A stretch of DNA of 64,000 bases from Eledone cirrhosa (taxonomy: Eukaryota). The stretch's first letter is position 1, and each line of letters opens with the position of its first letter. This document shows positions 41,601-55,100 of the stretch, one piece after another. The notes under the pieces were generated by a model. It ran no database searches and was not told the DNA's origin. It saw only the letters and a list, made by a program, of their open reading frames with translations. A program made the translations under genes and the position numbers. Location of the stretch: positions 13,020,001 through 13,084,000 of the forward strand of contig OZ024750.1 of NCBI GenBank assembly GCA_964016885.1, in the 5' to 3' direction.

Positions 41601-44600
41601 TAATTATTTTCATATTTAACATATATTAAATCTAAAAATTAATTCTTTTCAGCCAATGGCCTATGTTATTCAATATACTGTTCTTATTTTAAAGATAGTA
41701 GGGAGTAATTTGAGTGAGATTTGGATGCTATTTCTAGCAGGTTGAGTAAGCATGCAAAGGCATTGACTTGAAGTGTATCGTTTTTATAAATATTATGGAA
41801 GATGTGAAAATTAGGTAATAATATACTCCTAATTTTATTCTGTAGTATGCAATTGAAAATAAACAAATATATTTGCTAAATTGTCAAAGTTTTCTCCCTT
41901 TCTGACCCTCTCTTGGGTCTCAGGATACATAACCTTAGTGTATCCATCCCATGCATCCCAGGGCAGATCACAGGACAATCACCAGTATTGTCAAACAGGC
42001 CCCTCTACATAAGGTCTGAATATGTCTCTTGTTATCCCACACAAAGGACTATGTGTTATGACTGCCTTTATTGTATCTAGCCATATTACATAGCTTTGGT
42101 CGTTTCATTCATGCCAGTCACTGACTAGGCTGAAAAGATTTTACTGGTAAAACTAACCAGCAAGAGACCCAGGGAGTAGACCCTGAGCAACATGGTTAAA
42201 TAACATCCATGAACTAGGTTGGTCTCACTCAGGGATCCAGGCAAATCAAGTGAAGATGGTTTCTTCTGACAGGCCCTTCTGGAACGTGTGTTTGATGACC
42301 CTGCCCCCATGATCCTCCCAGGAATAAGTGGGCCAAGAACAAGATATTAGCTAAATATTCTGTATACAATGTAAAAAGAGGTAATCATTATAACTTACCA
42401 TACATATTAACTGGTGCTTCACATTCAGCTGACCCAGCAGAATTAGTTGCAACACATTTGTATACACCACCATCAGGCTTGGCGAATTTTAGGATTTTCA
42501 AGATACAAACATTTTCTTCCATTGTGATTTTATGTTTTGTTGTAGTCTTTATTTCTTTGCCATCCCTATAAAAACATTAAACCATTATATGAGAACATAT
42601 TACATTTGCATCATGTATACATTAAATGTCTTTTTTAATTTGTAGATAGCCCAAACACTTTAATTGTCAGATATTGTGTTACTCTTGTGATAGTAAATTC
42701 TATTATGCATATCATCATCATTTTACGTCTGCTTTTCCCTGCTTGCAAGGGTGGGACGGGAACTGATTCTGGCTTGATTTCTACAGCTGGATGCCCTTCC
42801 TAACACCAACCTCATTTACAGTGAGTGCTGGGTGCTTTTTCCGTGGCGCCTACATGTCCACTTTACAGTGGAATGATAGGGACTCCAGTCCCTATCATCT
42901 CATTTCTACAGCTGAGTAAACTGGAGCAATGTGAAATAAAGTGTCTTGCTCAAGGAAACAACACATCACCCGGTCTGAGAATTGAACTCACAACCTTTCA
43001 ATTGCAAGGCCAATGCTCTAACCATAACATAACAGTAATTCAGTTGGTGAATGTGCTGCACAACTTGCTACTTCAGAGGTATAGAATATTTAGGAACAGC
43101 AATAAAGAGCTTAATCCTTTAGCATTTAAACACCTCTTTCTGTTCAAACCAGCCTTAACTGGCCACTCATACCGACTTTAAGGTATTGTTTTCAAAATAA
43201 ATAATATCAAAATCTCATAGATTCCATATTATGTGGGATAATTATGTGAGGTAAAGTATTTACCACAAGAATACAATAGTAAATATAGAGTAATATAAAT
43301 AACAAAGGGTTAAGGGAAGAAATAAGTAAGCAAGTATACTTAATAAACATCCTTAGCTCCTCTAAATACATCTACTGAGTCTCACCACACACATTTACAT
43401 CAAATAAATGAACACATTTGGTTTGCTAAGAGATGATTAGGAGCCTCTATGATCCTTTGTGTTCTTATTAAACCAATCTGTATTGAAATTCATGATTCAT
43501 ACTTTTGTATTAATTAAGTTCCATAAAATATATCTGAACAAGAGAAGTTAACTTACTTGAACCATTTCACTGTTGGGTTTGGTTCCCCATTGACCTTACA
43601 TTTCATTTCTACTACTTCGTCAGCTTTCTTTGTCTAAATTTAAAGGAAACAGAAATTCCATATATTAACAGTATTCAGTACCAATAAAATATACTAGTAG
43701 AATATACCAAATATATAAAAATAACAATAAATAATGACCGTTACCATTGTTTCTAATCATATTTAATAAAGAAACTCAAAATATATATGAAATTAATAAT
43801 AGTCAACAACTATAGATAAGTTTCCAATAACTATATAAATCGTTTTTAGAATGTACCAAAAGTTTAAATCCATTTGATTAATATTGAATATGAAAGCAGC
43901 TTTACTTACCACTGGTTGCAATACTTCTTCAAATTCTGGCTTGCGTTCTGAAATGAATATTATTTAAATTGATAAAATCAATGTCATATTTTCAGTGTTG
44001 CTTAAAAGTTAATATCTCAAAGTTTTAGCAACATGTAGCACACTCCTAAAATGCATATGTAGACTACAAACTAATATTCTTGAAAAGGAATATTGTCAGC
44101 CCTGTTGCCAAGCTTTGGCATTTGGCAGGGATCTTTGGAAAATTCTGGGTGAGCACTCTACTTCAGAATAATTCTAAGGCAAGTTTCAGAATAAGCATAT
44201 AAGCGTGTATTTTTCTGAATCTGAGGGCACACTATTGAAAAGTAGTGGGGCAATGCAATCCAATGCCCCACTTACCATAGCAATGGGTCCAGGTATCATA
44301 CCATGTAAACGAGATTCTTGCTTAAGCTTTATATAAACAATCCAAGTAATGCATTAGGTCAGGCTTCTGCCTACTGGTACCATGTAACCCAATACAACTT
44401 GCTTCATGGTGTTGTGGTCTGTGACTAAACTGGCTCCCTCACCAGACCCTGGAGGGTAAGTGGAACCCTAGCAGCACAAAAAAAAAATGAGCTGTTAAAG
44501 GGCAGATAAACTCCTCAAAATCGCCTCCCCCCCCCCCTGTAATTGGCCAAGTGTGCTGAGTATGGCTACACACTTTGAAGAAATGACCAAAACCAAAAGA

Positions 44601-47600
44601 GGTGGAGGTCAACCAAGGAGGGGATCCTCCAACAGGAGTGAGACGGCCCCTGGATTGGATTGGAATGCACAACTATTGAAATCTGTAAAGAAAATTGTTT
44701 AGCCAAATATAAATGAGTATATTGAATGAATTGTAAACTAACCATAGCATATAACTGATGCTTCACACTCAGCTGTTCCAGCAGAGTTTGTAGCAACACA
44801 TTTATATGTTCCAGCTTCTGCCTTGGTAAACTTAGGCATTTTCAGGGTGCATACAGTATCATCCATGGTAATCTTAGATTTTGAAGTGTTCTTGATTTCT
44901 TTGTTATCTCTGGAAAATAAATAAACAAACAAACTTCAGTAATTATTCATTCCTAATCTATTATGAAAATATATGTTTCTTAAACAGTTTAGAAAGTGTT
45001 AGATGTAAAAAATGATATTTATGAAGAAACGATATGCGGATTGTAAGTGTGAGAGAAAGGCAGAGCTTGGATGATTTGAGGGAGAAACTAGGTTTAAGAG
45101 GAATCCTTGGTTGTGTGTAGGAGAGAAGACTGCATTGGTATAGACATGTGATGCACTAGGGTGTCAATTTAATCAACTTTCCCCTCCCCTCAAAATATTT
45201 GACCTTGTACCAAAATGAGATGGCATTATTAAACATACATATATATTTGAATTCAACCATTGCCAATATGTAAAAGAGATTATGATGATGAGGAAGTTTC
45301 TTTTATATATAAATAGACAAAACAAAACATATATATACACACCTAAACCATTTAACTGTTGGTTTGGGTTCACCAGTTACTTTGCATTGAAGCTCTAATG
45401 GTTCATCAGTCTTCAGTGTCTGGAAAATTTAGATTTGAAAATATTTATATTTATATATATAAGCAAATGAATAAGTGTAGGAGTCGCAAGTCGTTATAAC
45501 AAAATATTTATATAATTCTTACATGATGTTTCACCCACATTAATTAATAATAATAATAATTGTTTCTACTTTAGGCACAAGGCCATCAATTAGCCAGTAC
45601 ATTACTGGTACTTTATTTTATCGACCCCAGAGAAAGTATATTTGTTAGTACAAATGTCTATCAAAGTCAATATAACCAGTCAAGCTGGGTGAAAATATAT
45701 ATATATATACATACAGCTTTATAGTTATCATTTTAACAGAAAACTGAATAACATGTATTAGCAAAATTATAATTTGATATTTGAGAAAAAATCTGTGACT
45801 TACTACTGGTTGCAGAGATTCTTCAAATTCTGGTTTTTGCTCTGGAAAAGTTAAAATTGCATATACATTAGTTAGGTACATTTATATCATTTTGTATGCT
45901 TTAAATACGTGAAATTTTAGCTCATTAGTTATAATTTCAAATTTGAAATAATACTGTTTGTTTACAGTATATACTGACCATAAAGAGTGACTGTAGCTTC
46001 ACATTCTGCTGTACCAGCTGAATTAGTAGCAACACATTTGTATATACCAGCTTCTGGTTTTGTAAATGAAGGTATTTTCAAGGAACATACATTTTCCTGG
46101 CGAGTTATTGCAGATTTGGAAGTGTTTTTAATCTCTTTACCATTTCTGTTATATAAATAAAAAATACACAATAAGAACTGAAAATAAAGTACATTAACAT
46201 TTAAAAAATTAATAATATACAACCCTACTATCTATTTAAATCTACATAATTATATAGTGATGAATGTTAGCTTATGATAGATATGAGAGACTTTTTTTCT
46301 AGATGAGAACATCATACTTACTTAAACCATTTAATTGTTGGTTTAGGTTCTCCAATGACTTCACACTTCATTTCTAAAACTTCATTTGTCTTCACAGTCT
46401 AAAATGTGAAATATAAACATTTCATCATAAATCAAATTAATAACAAATTTATTTTATTACAAATAACTAAAATATATGAAAGGTCTTCTACTTACAGTTG
46501 GTTGGAGGGTTTCAACAAATTCTGGACTCTTTTCTAAAAAATCAAATAACATTATCATATTAAGTTTGAAAAAAATACAAATATATATTATAAATTCAAT
46601 TAAAATTAAAATTTATAAATAAAATATTAGAATATTATTTTCTCTACTGAAATATCATTTTACAAATAAAAATTAAAATGTATATGGATAATATACTTTA
46701 CTTTTATATATAAAACAGTTATGATGAAGTATAGAATATATACAGAATAGTAATAGTTAAACATATTAAAGTTCTTTTTACAGAAAAACACTTTACATAC
46801 CGAATAAGGTAACTGAAGCTTCACAACTTGTCATTCCAGCAGGGTTAGTAGCAACACATTTATAAAGGCCTGCATCTGCTTTTGTAAATTTGGCCATCTT
46901 CAATGTGCAAACATCTCCCTCTTGTAATAGTTTATATTTAATAGTTGGTTTAATTTCAACATTGTCTCTGTAATGAAACACAAATAGATATTTAGTTTAA
47001 TCCTTGATCATGCATTTTGTAAAAGGAAATTATATAAAATCTCTATATAAATTATATTTCATAAAAATATAAATATATTCTGTAATCAATTTCATTCATA
47101 ATTGTGGATTATATATGAGATGCCTAAAGCCTTAAATAGAGAAGGTATTATCTGGCTGACTCATATGTGCTGGGTGGCCTGGATCTCTAGAACGGCACCT
47201 AAGCAGTAGAAATCAAGAATGATAATCCCAATTTTCAAAAAGAGAGATAAGATTGATTGTTCCAATTATAGAAGGATCTCCTTGTAAGCTGGTAAACTCT
47301 ATGTTAAGTGTCTGGCAAATAAGTGTTAGGATATTTAATGATATTTTTAAAAATAAACAAATATATTATATATGTACAAGATATACGCAGCAATAACATT
47401 ACCCAGAATTTAAAAAATACATTATTTGTTACCAATTTCTCAGTGGAGAAAATGACAGGATATTTTCATTAAACCTTTTATATATCTTAATGTAATAGAA
47501 ATATCCTAATAACTAATGTGATCCACTTGATTATTTTAAGAAAAGAAAAACTTACTTGAACCATTTGATGGTTGGTTTAGGTTCACCAGTAACTTTGCAT

Positions 47601-50600
47601 ACCAATTGCAAACTATCCTCGTTTTTGATGCTCTGAAATTATAATTAGGAATCATTAAATAGTTATCTAATTATAAACAATAAAATCTCAAACTTTACTA
47701 AAACGGGGAAAAAACAAGAAACTTCACAATTGAACATCAAATACTTACAGTTGGTTCAAGAACTTCAACAAATTCTGGTTTCTGTTGTTCTGGTTTCTTG
47801 TCTTTTGGCTTTTCTTCCTCTGGTTTCTTTTCCTTTGGTTTTTCTTCCTCAAGTGTTATAGTAGCTTCACACTCGACAGAACCAGCAGAGTTTGTAGCAA
47901 TACATTTATAAACACCAACTTCATTCTTAGAGAATTTGCTGGTTTTTAATATACATATTGTGCCATCTTGAGTCATTTTGGTAAGTGATGTTGTTTTGAT
48001 TTCTTTGTTGTCTTTAAACCATTTAATGGTAGGCTTAGGTTCACCAGTTACTTTACACTTCAGTTCAAGTCCTTCATTCAATTTAATTGTGGCTGATGTG
48101 AAGATCTCTTCAAATTTAGGTTTATCTTCCTTTGGTTTTTCTTCATCAAGTGTTATAGTAGCTTCACATTCGACAGATCCTGTAGAGTTTGTAGCAATAC
48201 ATTTATAAATACCAACATCATTCTTTGTAAATTTGTTGGTTTTTAGAGTACAAATTGTGCCATCTTGAGTAATTTTGGTAAGATATGTTGACTTGATTTC
48301 TTTGTTGTCTTTAAACCATTTAATGGTAGGCTTAGGTTCACCAGTTACTTTACACTTCAGTTCAAGTCCTTCATTCAATTTAATCGTGGCTGCTGTGAAG
48401 ATTTCTTCAAACTCTGGCTTCTTTTCTTTTGGTTTTTCATCATCAAGTGATATAGTAGCTTCACATTCAACAGATCCAGTAGAATCTGTGACAATGCACT
48501 TATAAGTACCAATATCATTCTTGGTGAATTTATTGGTCTTTAGAGTGCATATTGTACCTTCTTGAGTAATTTTGGTAACATAGGTTGACTTGATTTCTTT
48601 TCCATTTCTGAAGAAGAAAATATTATTCTCTTGTATAACACCCTATATGGCAATATGGAAATTTAATGTCTAAATTTCTATAATAAATATCAATAAATAT
48701 GAGTATTTTATATATAAACGATATATGGTATTTTTATGAATAAACATTTTGAAAGCCTTCAGCTATGAATTTTGGAAATTGATAACGTAATGCCATCTAG
48801 CAGATTCCAGTAAATGATAGTAAATAGATTCTAGAAACTGAAGAGCATAATATTTATTAATGTTGATATAAAAAGTGGTGTGCTCTTGCATGGAGATGCT
48901 ATAAAATAGAGTGTAAAGCTTTAAAAACAGAAAAAGAAGTTGCGAGGAATCAAACCCTGTATCTCTTAGATATTGGCTTGGTGTTTTGAACCATTAAGCC
49001 AAGGGTCCATGACAACTCTTTACTGTCTTAAATTAGGTAGTTAAATCACAGCTTTTAACTCTAAACAAACATGTATGTAGTTGATCTCATGGACTTTTAC
49101 TAAGTGCTGAGGGGATAAAGTTAATATAAAGAGTTGTGTACTCATGTGCAGATATATCTTTATTATTGATACATTAACATTAATATAATTTCAAATCAAA
49201 ATGGATATCAACATTTTTCTTGAATTTTTAAATGTGGAAAAGATATCTTAATAAGATACTTACTTGAACCATTTGACAGTTGACTTTGGTTCACCTGTGA
49301 ATTTGCATTTCAATTCCATGCCCTCGCCAATTTTGAAAGACTAAACATAAAAAAAACATATATATATATATATATATATAATAAATATAATCACCACAAA
49401 AAAAAACATACAATACTTAAGGAATTTTAAAATGCTTTCAATCATACTTACAGCTGAGTTAAATACCTCTTCAAATGTTGGTTTCTTCTTAATTTCTGTA
49501 AATGTGTAAAGTGTATAAGTGTGAGAAAGCAATTGAAGAGTTGAGATTGAAATCAAAATCTTATTACACATCATAAAACAGAGCAAAATAAAAGTTATTA
49601 CTTTTAAATTTAAAATAATAATTGTTACAATATTTCGCACAAGGCCAACAATCTTGGGGGAGGGGAAAGTCAATTTAATCGACCCCAGTGCATTACTGGT
49701 GCTTTATTTTATCGACCCAAAGCTAACCTCGACAGGATTTGAATGCAGAACATAATAAAGGGACGTAACTATATGCTGCAAAGCATATTGCTCAATGCTC
49801 TACCGATTCTGCCAATTCACTGCTCTTTGTAAAATAATAATGAAATATATTAAATTAAAAGGATGCCTTTAGAAATGAAACAGAAGTAAAAGCTACTGTT
49901 GCACACTATAGACTCATTTAAAATGTTTCAAACAAAGTTGATTACATACCTGTAACAGTAACTTTACAAGAAGTTGAAGAAGTACCAACACTGTTTGTTG
50001 CTTTACATGTATATTCAGCAGTGTCTTCTTTTGTAACTTTACGGACTATCATTTTGTGAGATGTTTCAGAACTTTCAATTATGAAATGTTCAGATGATTT
50101 AATTTGTACACCATTTTTGTACCTATAAAAAGAGTTAATTAAATGATTCACTTTAGTGTAGGTTACCAAACATATTGTGAACAAATAAAGAATGATTAAC
50201 CCTTTAGCATTTAAGCCAGCCATATCCAGCCAGAATTCTCTCACCTCTTTCTGTTTAAACCAGCTGTAACCAGCCCCTCATACTGATGTTAAGGTATTTT
50301 TCTCAAAATAAATAACATCAAACTTTCATAGATTCGATATTATATGAGATAATTATGTAAAATAAAAGCCTTTACCACAAAAATACAATAGTAGATATAT
50401 TGAGTAATATAAAGGCTAAAGGGTTAAAGAATAAAAACAAAAATATAATTCTAAAAGTTTAATAGGAAAAGAACAAACCATGTAATTTCAGGACTTGGTG
50501 CTCCCTCAGTGATGACAGTAAATTCAACATCGGTTCCTTCATTTGGTTTTTGATCATCCAATTTCTTGGTGAACGAAGGAGCGACTGTATATTCCACGCT

Positions 50601-51962
50601 AAGAGCTTGTATTTCACTTTCCTAATCAAAATAATTGATAACAGTTGTTTAAATTGCATAAAAAGGAATGTATAAACAACATTTTTTTTTTTCTGTTGAA
50701 GAAATAAAATATGGTAAAATATATTTGTTGATCTAATGATAAAATTATGAAATAAAATAAGTCATTAAAATGTTTATTACAATTCAGTATTATTTTTTAT
50801 TTTTAAATAATTGTAGAGATTTATATATTGATTTATATAACAATAAACATATATGAATATTTTAAAGTCATGTCTTTTTTCTTCTAAAGATACATTGAAA
50901 TATGAAGAAATGTGATAATATTAATATTTTTCATCAAACCTGAAAATAATGACTATAAAATACATAATATGAGATATTAAAGTTTAGTAGCAACTGGAAA
51001 ATATGTCTCTTTATTTAAGATGTCATCAAGTATTGTTTAAAAACTGATTTCTGCGGAATAAAAGGGTTTATGAACATTAGTTTAAAAATATAAATTATTT
51101 AATGTGAAAATTTGTATTAGCAATATTAGAAATATTATTTAATTTTAAATAGATGAATTTACTGATTAAAATGTTATTTTAAAAATATTCTCTTTATATG
51201 ATTGTTATTATTTCAAATAAGGAAATTAAAAGCAACCATGTGAATCCCTAATATACTATTTCATAAATCTATCTAAGGTTCAATGATCAGAAAGTATTTT
51301 AGATTTTATTTGAATTATTATTACAAACAACTATTAGTACTATCTCTTATATTATTGTGAAGTTTCAAAAGATTCTATACATCCACTTAACTAGTTAGAC
51401 ATAGCAATGAAGTTTGCCTCATATTTCACCTTTCCCTGAATTGTGGGAGATGACAAAATTATCCATACTTTGTTTTATTAGTTATGCCTGAAGGAAGTGT
51501 CTATGCCATCTTCTAGTCCCCCAATCCATCGATGACCAGTCAGGTTAATTTTGTTTATGTTCCTCTTGAATAGTTACAAGTTGACTTTGCTCATCTTAAC
51601 CAGTCAAACATGAAGTAGCAGTTGTACAATGTAGTTAGTAAGTTTATAACAATTACATTAAGATCCTTTGTTTAACTACACAAATTAACCCCAATAACAG
51701 AATCTAATTCTCCCCCTCACAGGAATTTTGTAAGTTATCATAACTTTGATAGGTTTCGGCTAGTATTGGCCCAGGCCATGTCTAACTTAATAGCACCACT
51801 TGGTGCTAGAAAACAACAAAATGTAATGGAGATTAATTTAAAATAACTGAATAAATAAACCTGATTCTAGAAATAACCAGACGATGAAATGGTGTTAATA
51901 CTGAAATTTTGTAAACAACCTGTGCAAATGATGATGATAAAAATGTTTTTGAAAAGAGCATG

Positions 51963-52020
<58 letters not shown>

Positions 52021-52084
52021 CATATATATATATATATATATTCATACGGATTGGACACTACCGTAAACTTTTGGTAGATTTATC

Positions 52085-52156
<72 letters not shown>

Positions 52157-55100
52157 GTAAGAAGAAGAAGAAAAAGAAGAAGAAAATAAGGAAAAGAAGA
52201 AAAAGAAGAAAAAGAAGAAAAAGAAGAAAAAGAAGAAAAAGAAGAAAAAGAAGAAAAAGAAGAAAAAGAAGAAAAATGAAGAAAAAGAAAAAGAAGAAAA
52301 AGAAGAAAAAGAAAAAGAAGAAAAAGAAGAAAAAGAAAAAGAAGAAAAAGAAAAAGAAGAAAAAGAAGAAAAGGAAAAAGAAGAAAAAGAAAAAGAAAAA
52401 GAAGAAAAGGAAAAAGAAGAAAAAGAAGAAAAAGAAAAGGAAGAAAAAGAAGAAAAAGAAGAAAAAGAAGAAAAAGAGAAAAAAGAGAAAAAGAAAAAGA
52501 AGAAAAAGAAAAAGAAGAAAAAGAAGTAGTAGTAGTAGTAATGTAAAGAGCTACAGCATTATCTTGAAAATGAAGTGATGATCAAAAATGTAATCAACTG
52601 CAAAAGATAGAAAGTCGTGAGCTTTATATTAGTAATATTAGAAAATATCTTCTCGTTCAAGTGAACAGAGTTTCAGCTTTGTTTAATATTGGATAAAGTG
52701 TTTTCCTAACAACATATGAACGACCTGTATAATGAGACTATAATTTGTCTTAGTATTAACCTCATCTTTTTAACAAATGAAACATCACTTTACAATATTT
52801 ACACCTCGTACACTACATTGTGATTGGTTTGACCATTTGATCAGCATTGGGATGTCTTATTCATGGATCTATAGATGAGCCATGACTGAATTAGAAACTC
52901 TATAGATGTTAATAGACAGTCTACAGATGTTGATAGACAGTCTACAGATGTAGACAGCAAGGAGATGTTGATAGACAGTCTATAGATATTGACAGCAAGG
53001 AGATGTTGATAGTCTATAGATATTGACAGCAAGGAGATGTTGATAGTCTATAGATGTTGACAGCAAGGAGATGTTGCTAGACACAGTCTACAGATGTTGA
53101 CAGTGTATAGATGTTGCTAGACACAGTCTACAGATGTTGACAGCGTGTAGATGTTGCTAGACACAGTCTACAGATGTTGACAGTGTGTAGATGTTGATAG
53201 ACACAGTCTACAGATGTTGACAGCGTGTAGATGTTGCTAGACACAGTCTACAGATGTTGACAGTGTGTAGATGTTGATAGACACAGTCTACAGATGTTGA
53301 CAGTGTATAGATGTTGATAGACACAGTCTACAGATGTTGACAGTGTGTAGATGTTGATAGACACAGTCTACAGATGTTGACAGTGTGTAAATGTTGATAG
53401 ATACAGTCTACAGATGTTGACAGTGTGTAGATGTTGCTAGACACAGTCTACAGATGTTGACAGCAAGGAGATGTTGCTAGACAGTGTGTAGATGTTGATA
53501 TAGTCTATAGACATTGACACAGTTTATAGATGTTGATAGACACATTCTATTTTAAAGCATTTAGTGAGGGAGGGCAGTGCACATAACCTTTTTCAGGGAC
53601 TTCTAAGTCTAATGGGAAGGAGGAAGATATCTTTAAATGGATGAACTGGCCTGAATATGTGTAACAGAATGGACTACACTAAAGGCACCCAAGAACCAAG
53701 TGATGGTGTTAAACCAGGCAATAAATTAAGCCTGCACCCCTGTCCAAGAAGGTCATAGCAGGATTTTAACAAATACAACAGGGCATCCAATCTAAAGATC
53801 TAATGAATTAAGCATAAACTAGTACTATATTTATCACCCCAGAAGGATGAAAGACACCTAAAAAATAATGGTTCCTTATCAGAATCTAGTCAAGGATGAT
53901 ATACACATCCAGGAATAAGACATCTAATGATCTGATGCCAAAGGTCAAATGAATCGAAACTTAGTGTAGGGATGTAAATATTGAAAAATAAAGCTTCAAT
54001 GTTAAAGATGCAGTTTATTGTTTCTAAAAATGATCTTATTCCCAATTTATCTCAAATTTATAGTAATCTATTAACTACGATAAAGTGTGGGGTTAAGTTT
54101 ATAGAAACGTGTATAAGTTTATTAAGAATAAGATTGACTCACAAATTAAAAAAAAAGTCTATATTAGAAAAAGATTTAATGGAAAGCTGACCCATTGTGA
54201 TTATGTAGTCATGATAATAGTAAACAAGGAAATGTCCGAACAGCAGATGAATTTACAACTCTGATACCCAAAATATAAGTTAAATTTAATCTTGATTTAG
54301 TTATACAGATATACATATAAAATTATTTTAGCAAGGGAGATAATCTATACAGGAATAAGCCTACAACGAATTTTAAATTTTAGTGAAGGTTTCATTTTCA
54401 TTCTGCTTTGCCTTTCATTTGATGAACATCTCAACAACCTAAATATAAAAGATATATATATATGTGTGTACAAGTATATGTATTTAAGATGTCAATGATA
54501 ACGAAGGCTTTTAAAACATGATACAAATATGCTAAAATAGAACAAATATTAATTATAACAATTGTAATAATAAATATTATTATCATTAATATAGATAACA
54601 GATTTACCTCAGGCAAAGTAAACGTGTCTTCAACTGTCACATCTTCTTTCTTTATATCTGAGCTATCAATACCAAATGAAACTGATAATTCTACATCTTT
54701 TTCCCTATCATCTGGCAGAGATAGAGATAAATCTGCACTAACATCTTCAGTTTTTGGTTCACCAAATACAAAGTCTGCTTCCACATCTTCAACTTCAGTT
54801 TTCTTTGGTTTCATCTCGAAGACAAAATCAGTTGAAACATCCTCGACCTCCTTAGCTTGTTTACTTTCTTCAGGTATGACAAAAGCAGCATCAACAGTAT
54901 CAGGAACCTTTTCTTCTTCTATGTGAATGGTTGCTTCAGTATCACGTGGCTTTTCTTCTTCTATGACAATAGTTGCTTCAATATCACGTGGTTTTTCTTC
55001 TTCTATGACAATAGTTGCTTCAGTATCACGTGGTTTTTCTTCTTCTATGACAATAGTTGCTTCAATATCACGTGGTTTTTCTTCTTCTATGACAATAGTT

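Noticed and set aside
52126-52578. 150-aa poly-Lys/Arg ORF
   Set aside because: Translation of (TG)n plus an A/G microsatellite tract; no splice or codon evidence
54431-54607. Hydrophobic tail ([20 protein letters not shown]) of the 1,258-aa ORF as a transmembrane anchor
   Set aside because: Lies after a good in-phase donor (GAG|gtaaat); typical AT-rich intron read-through
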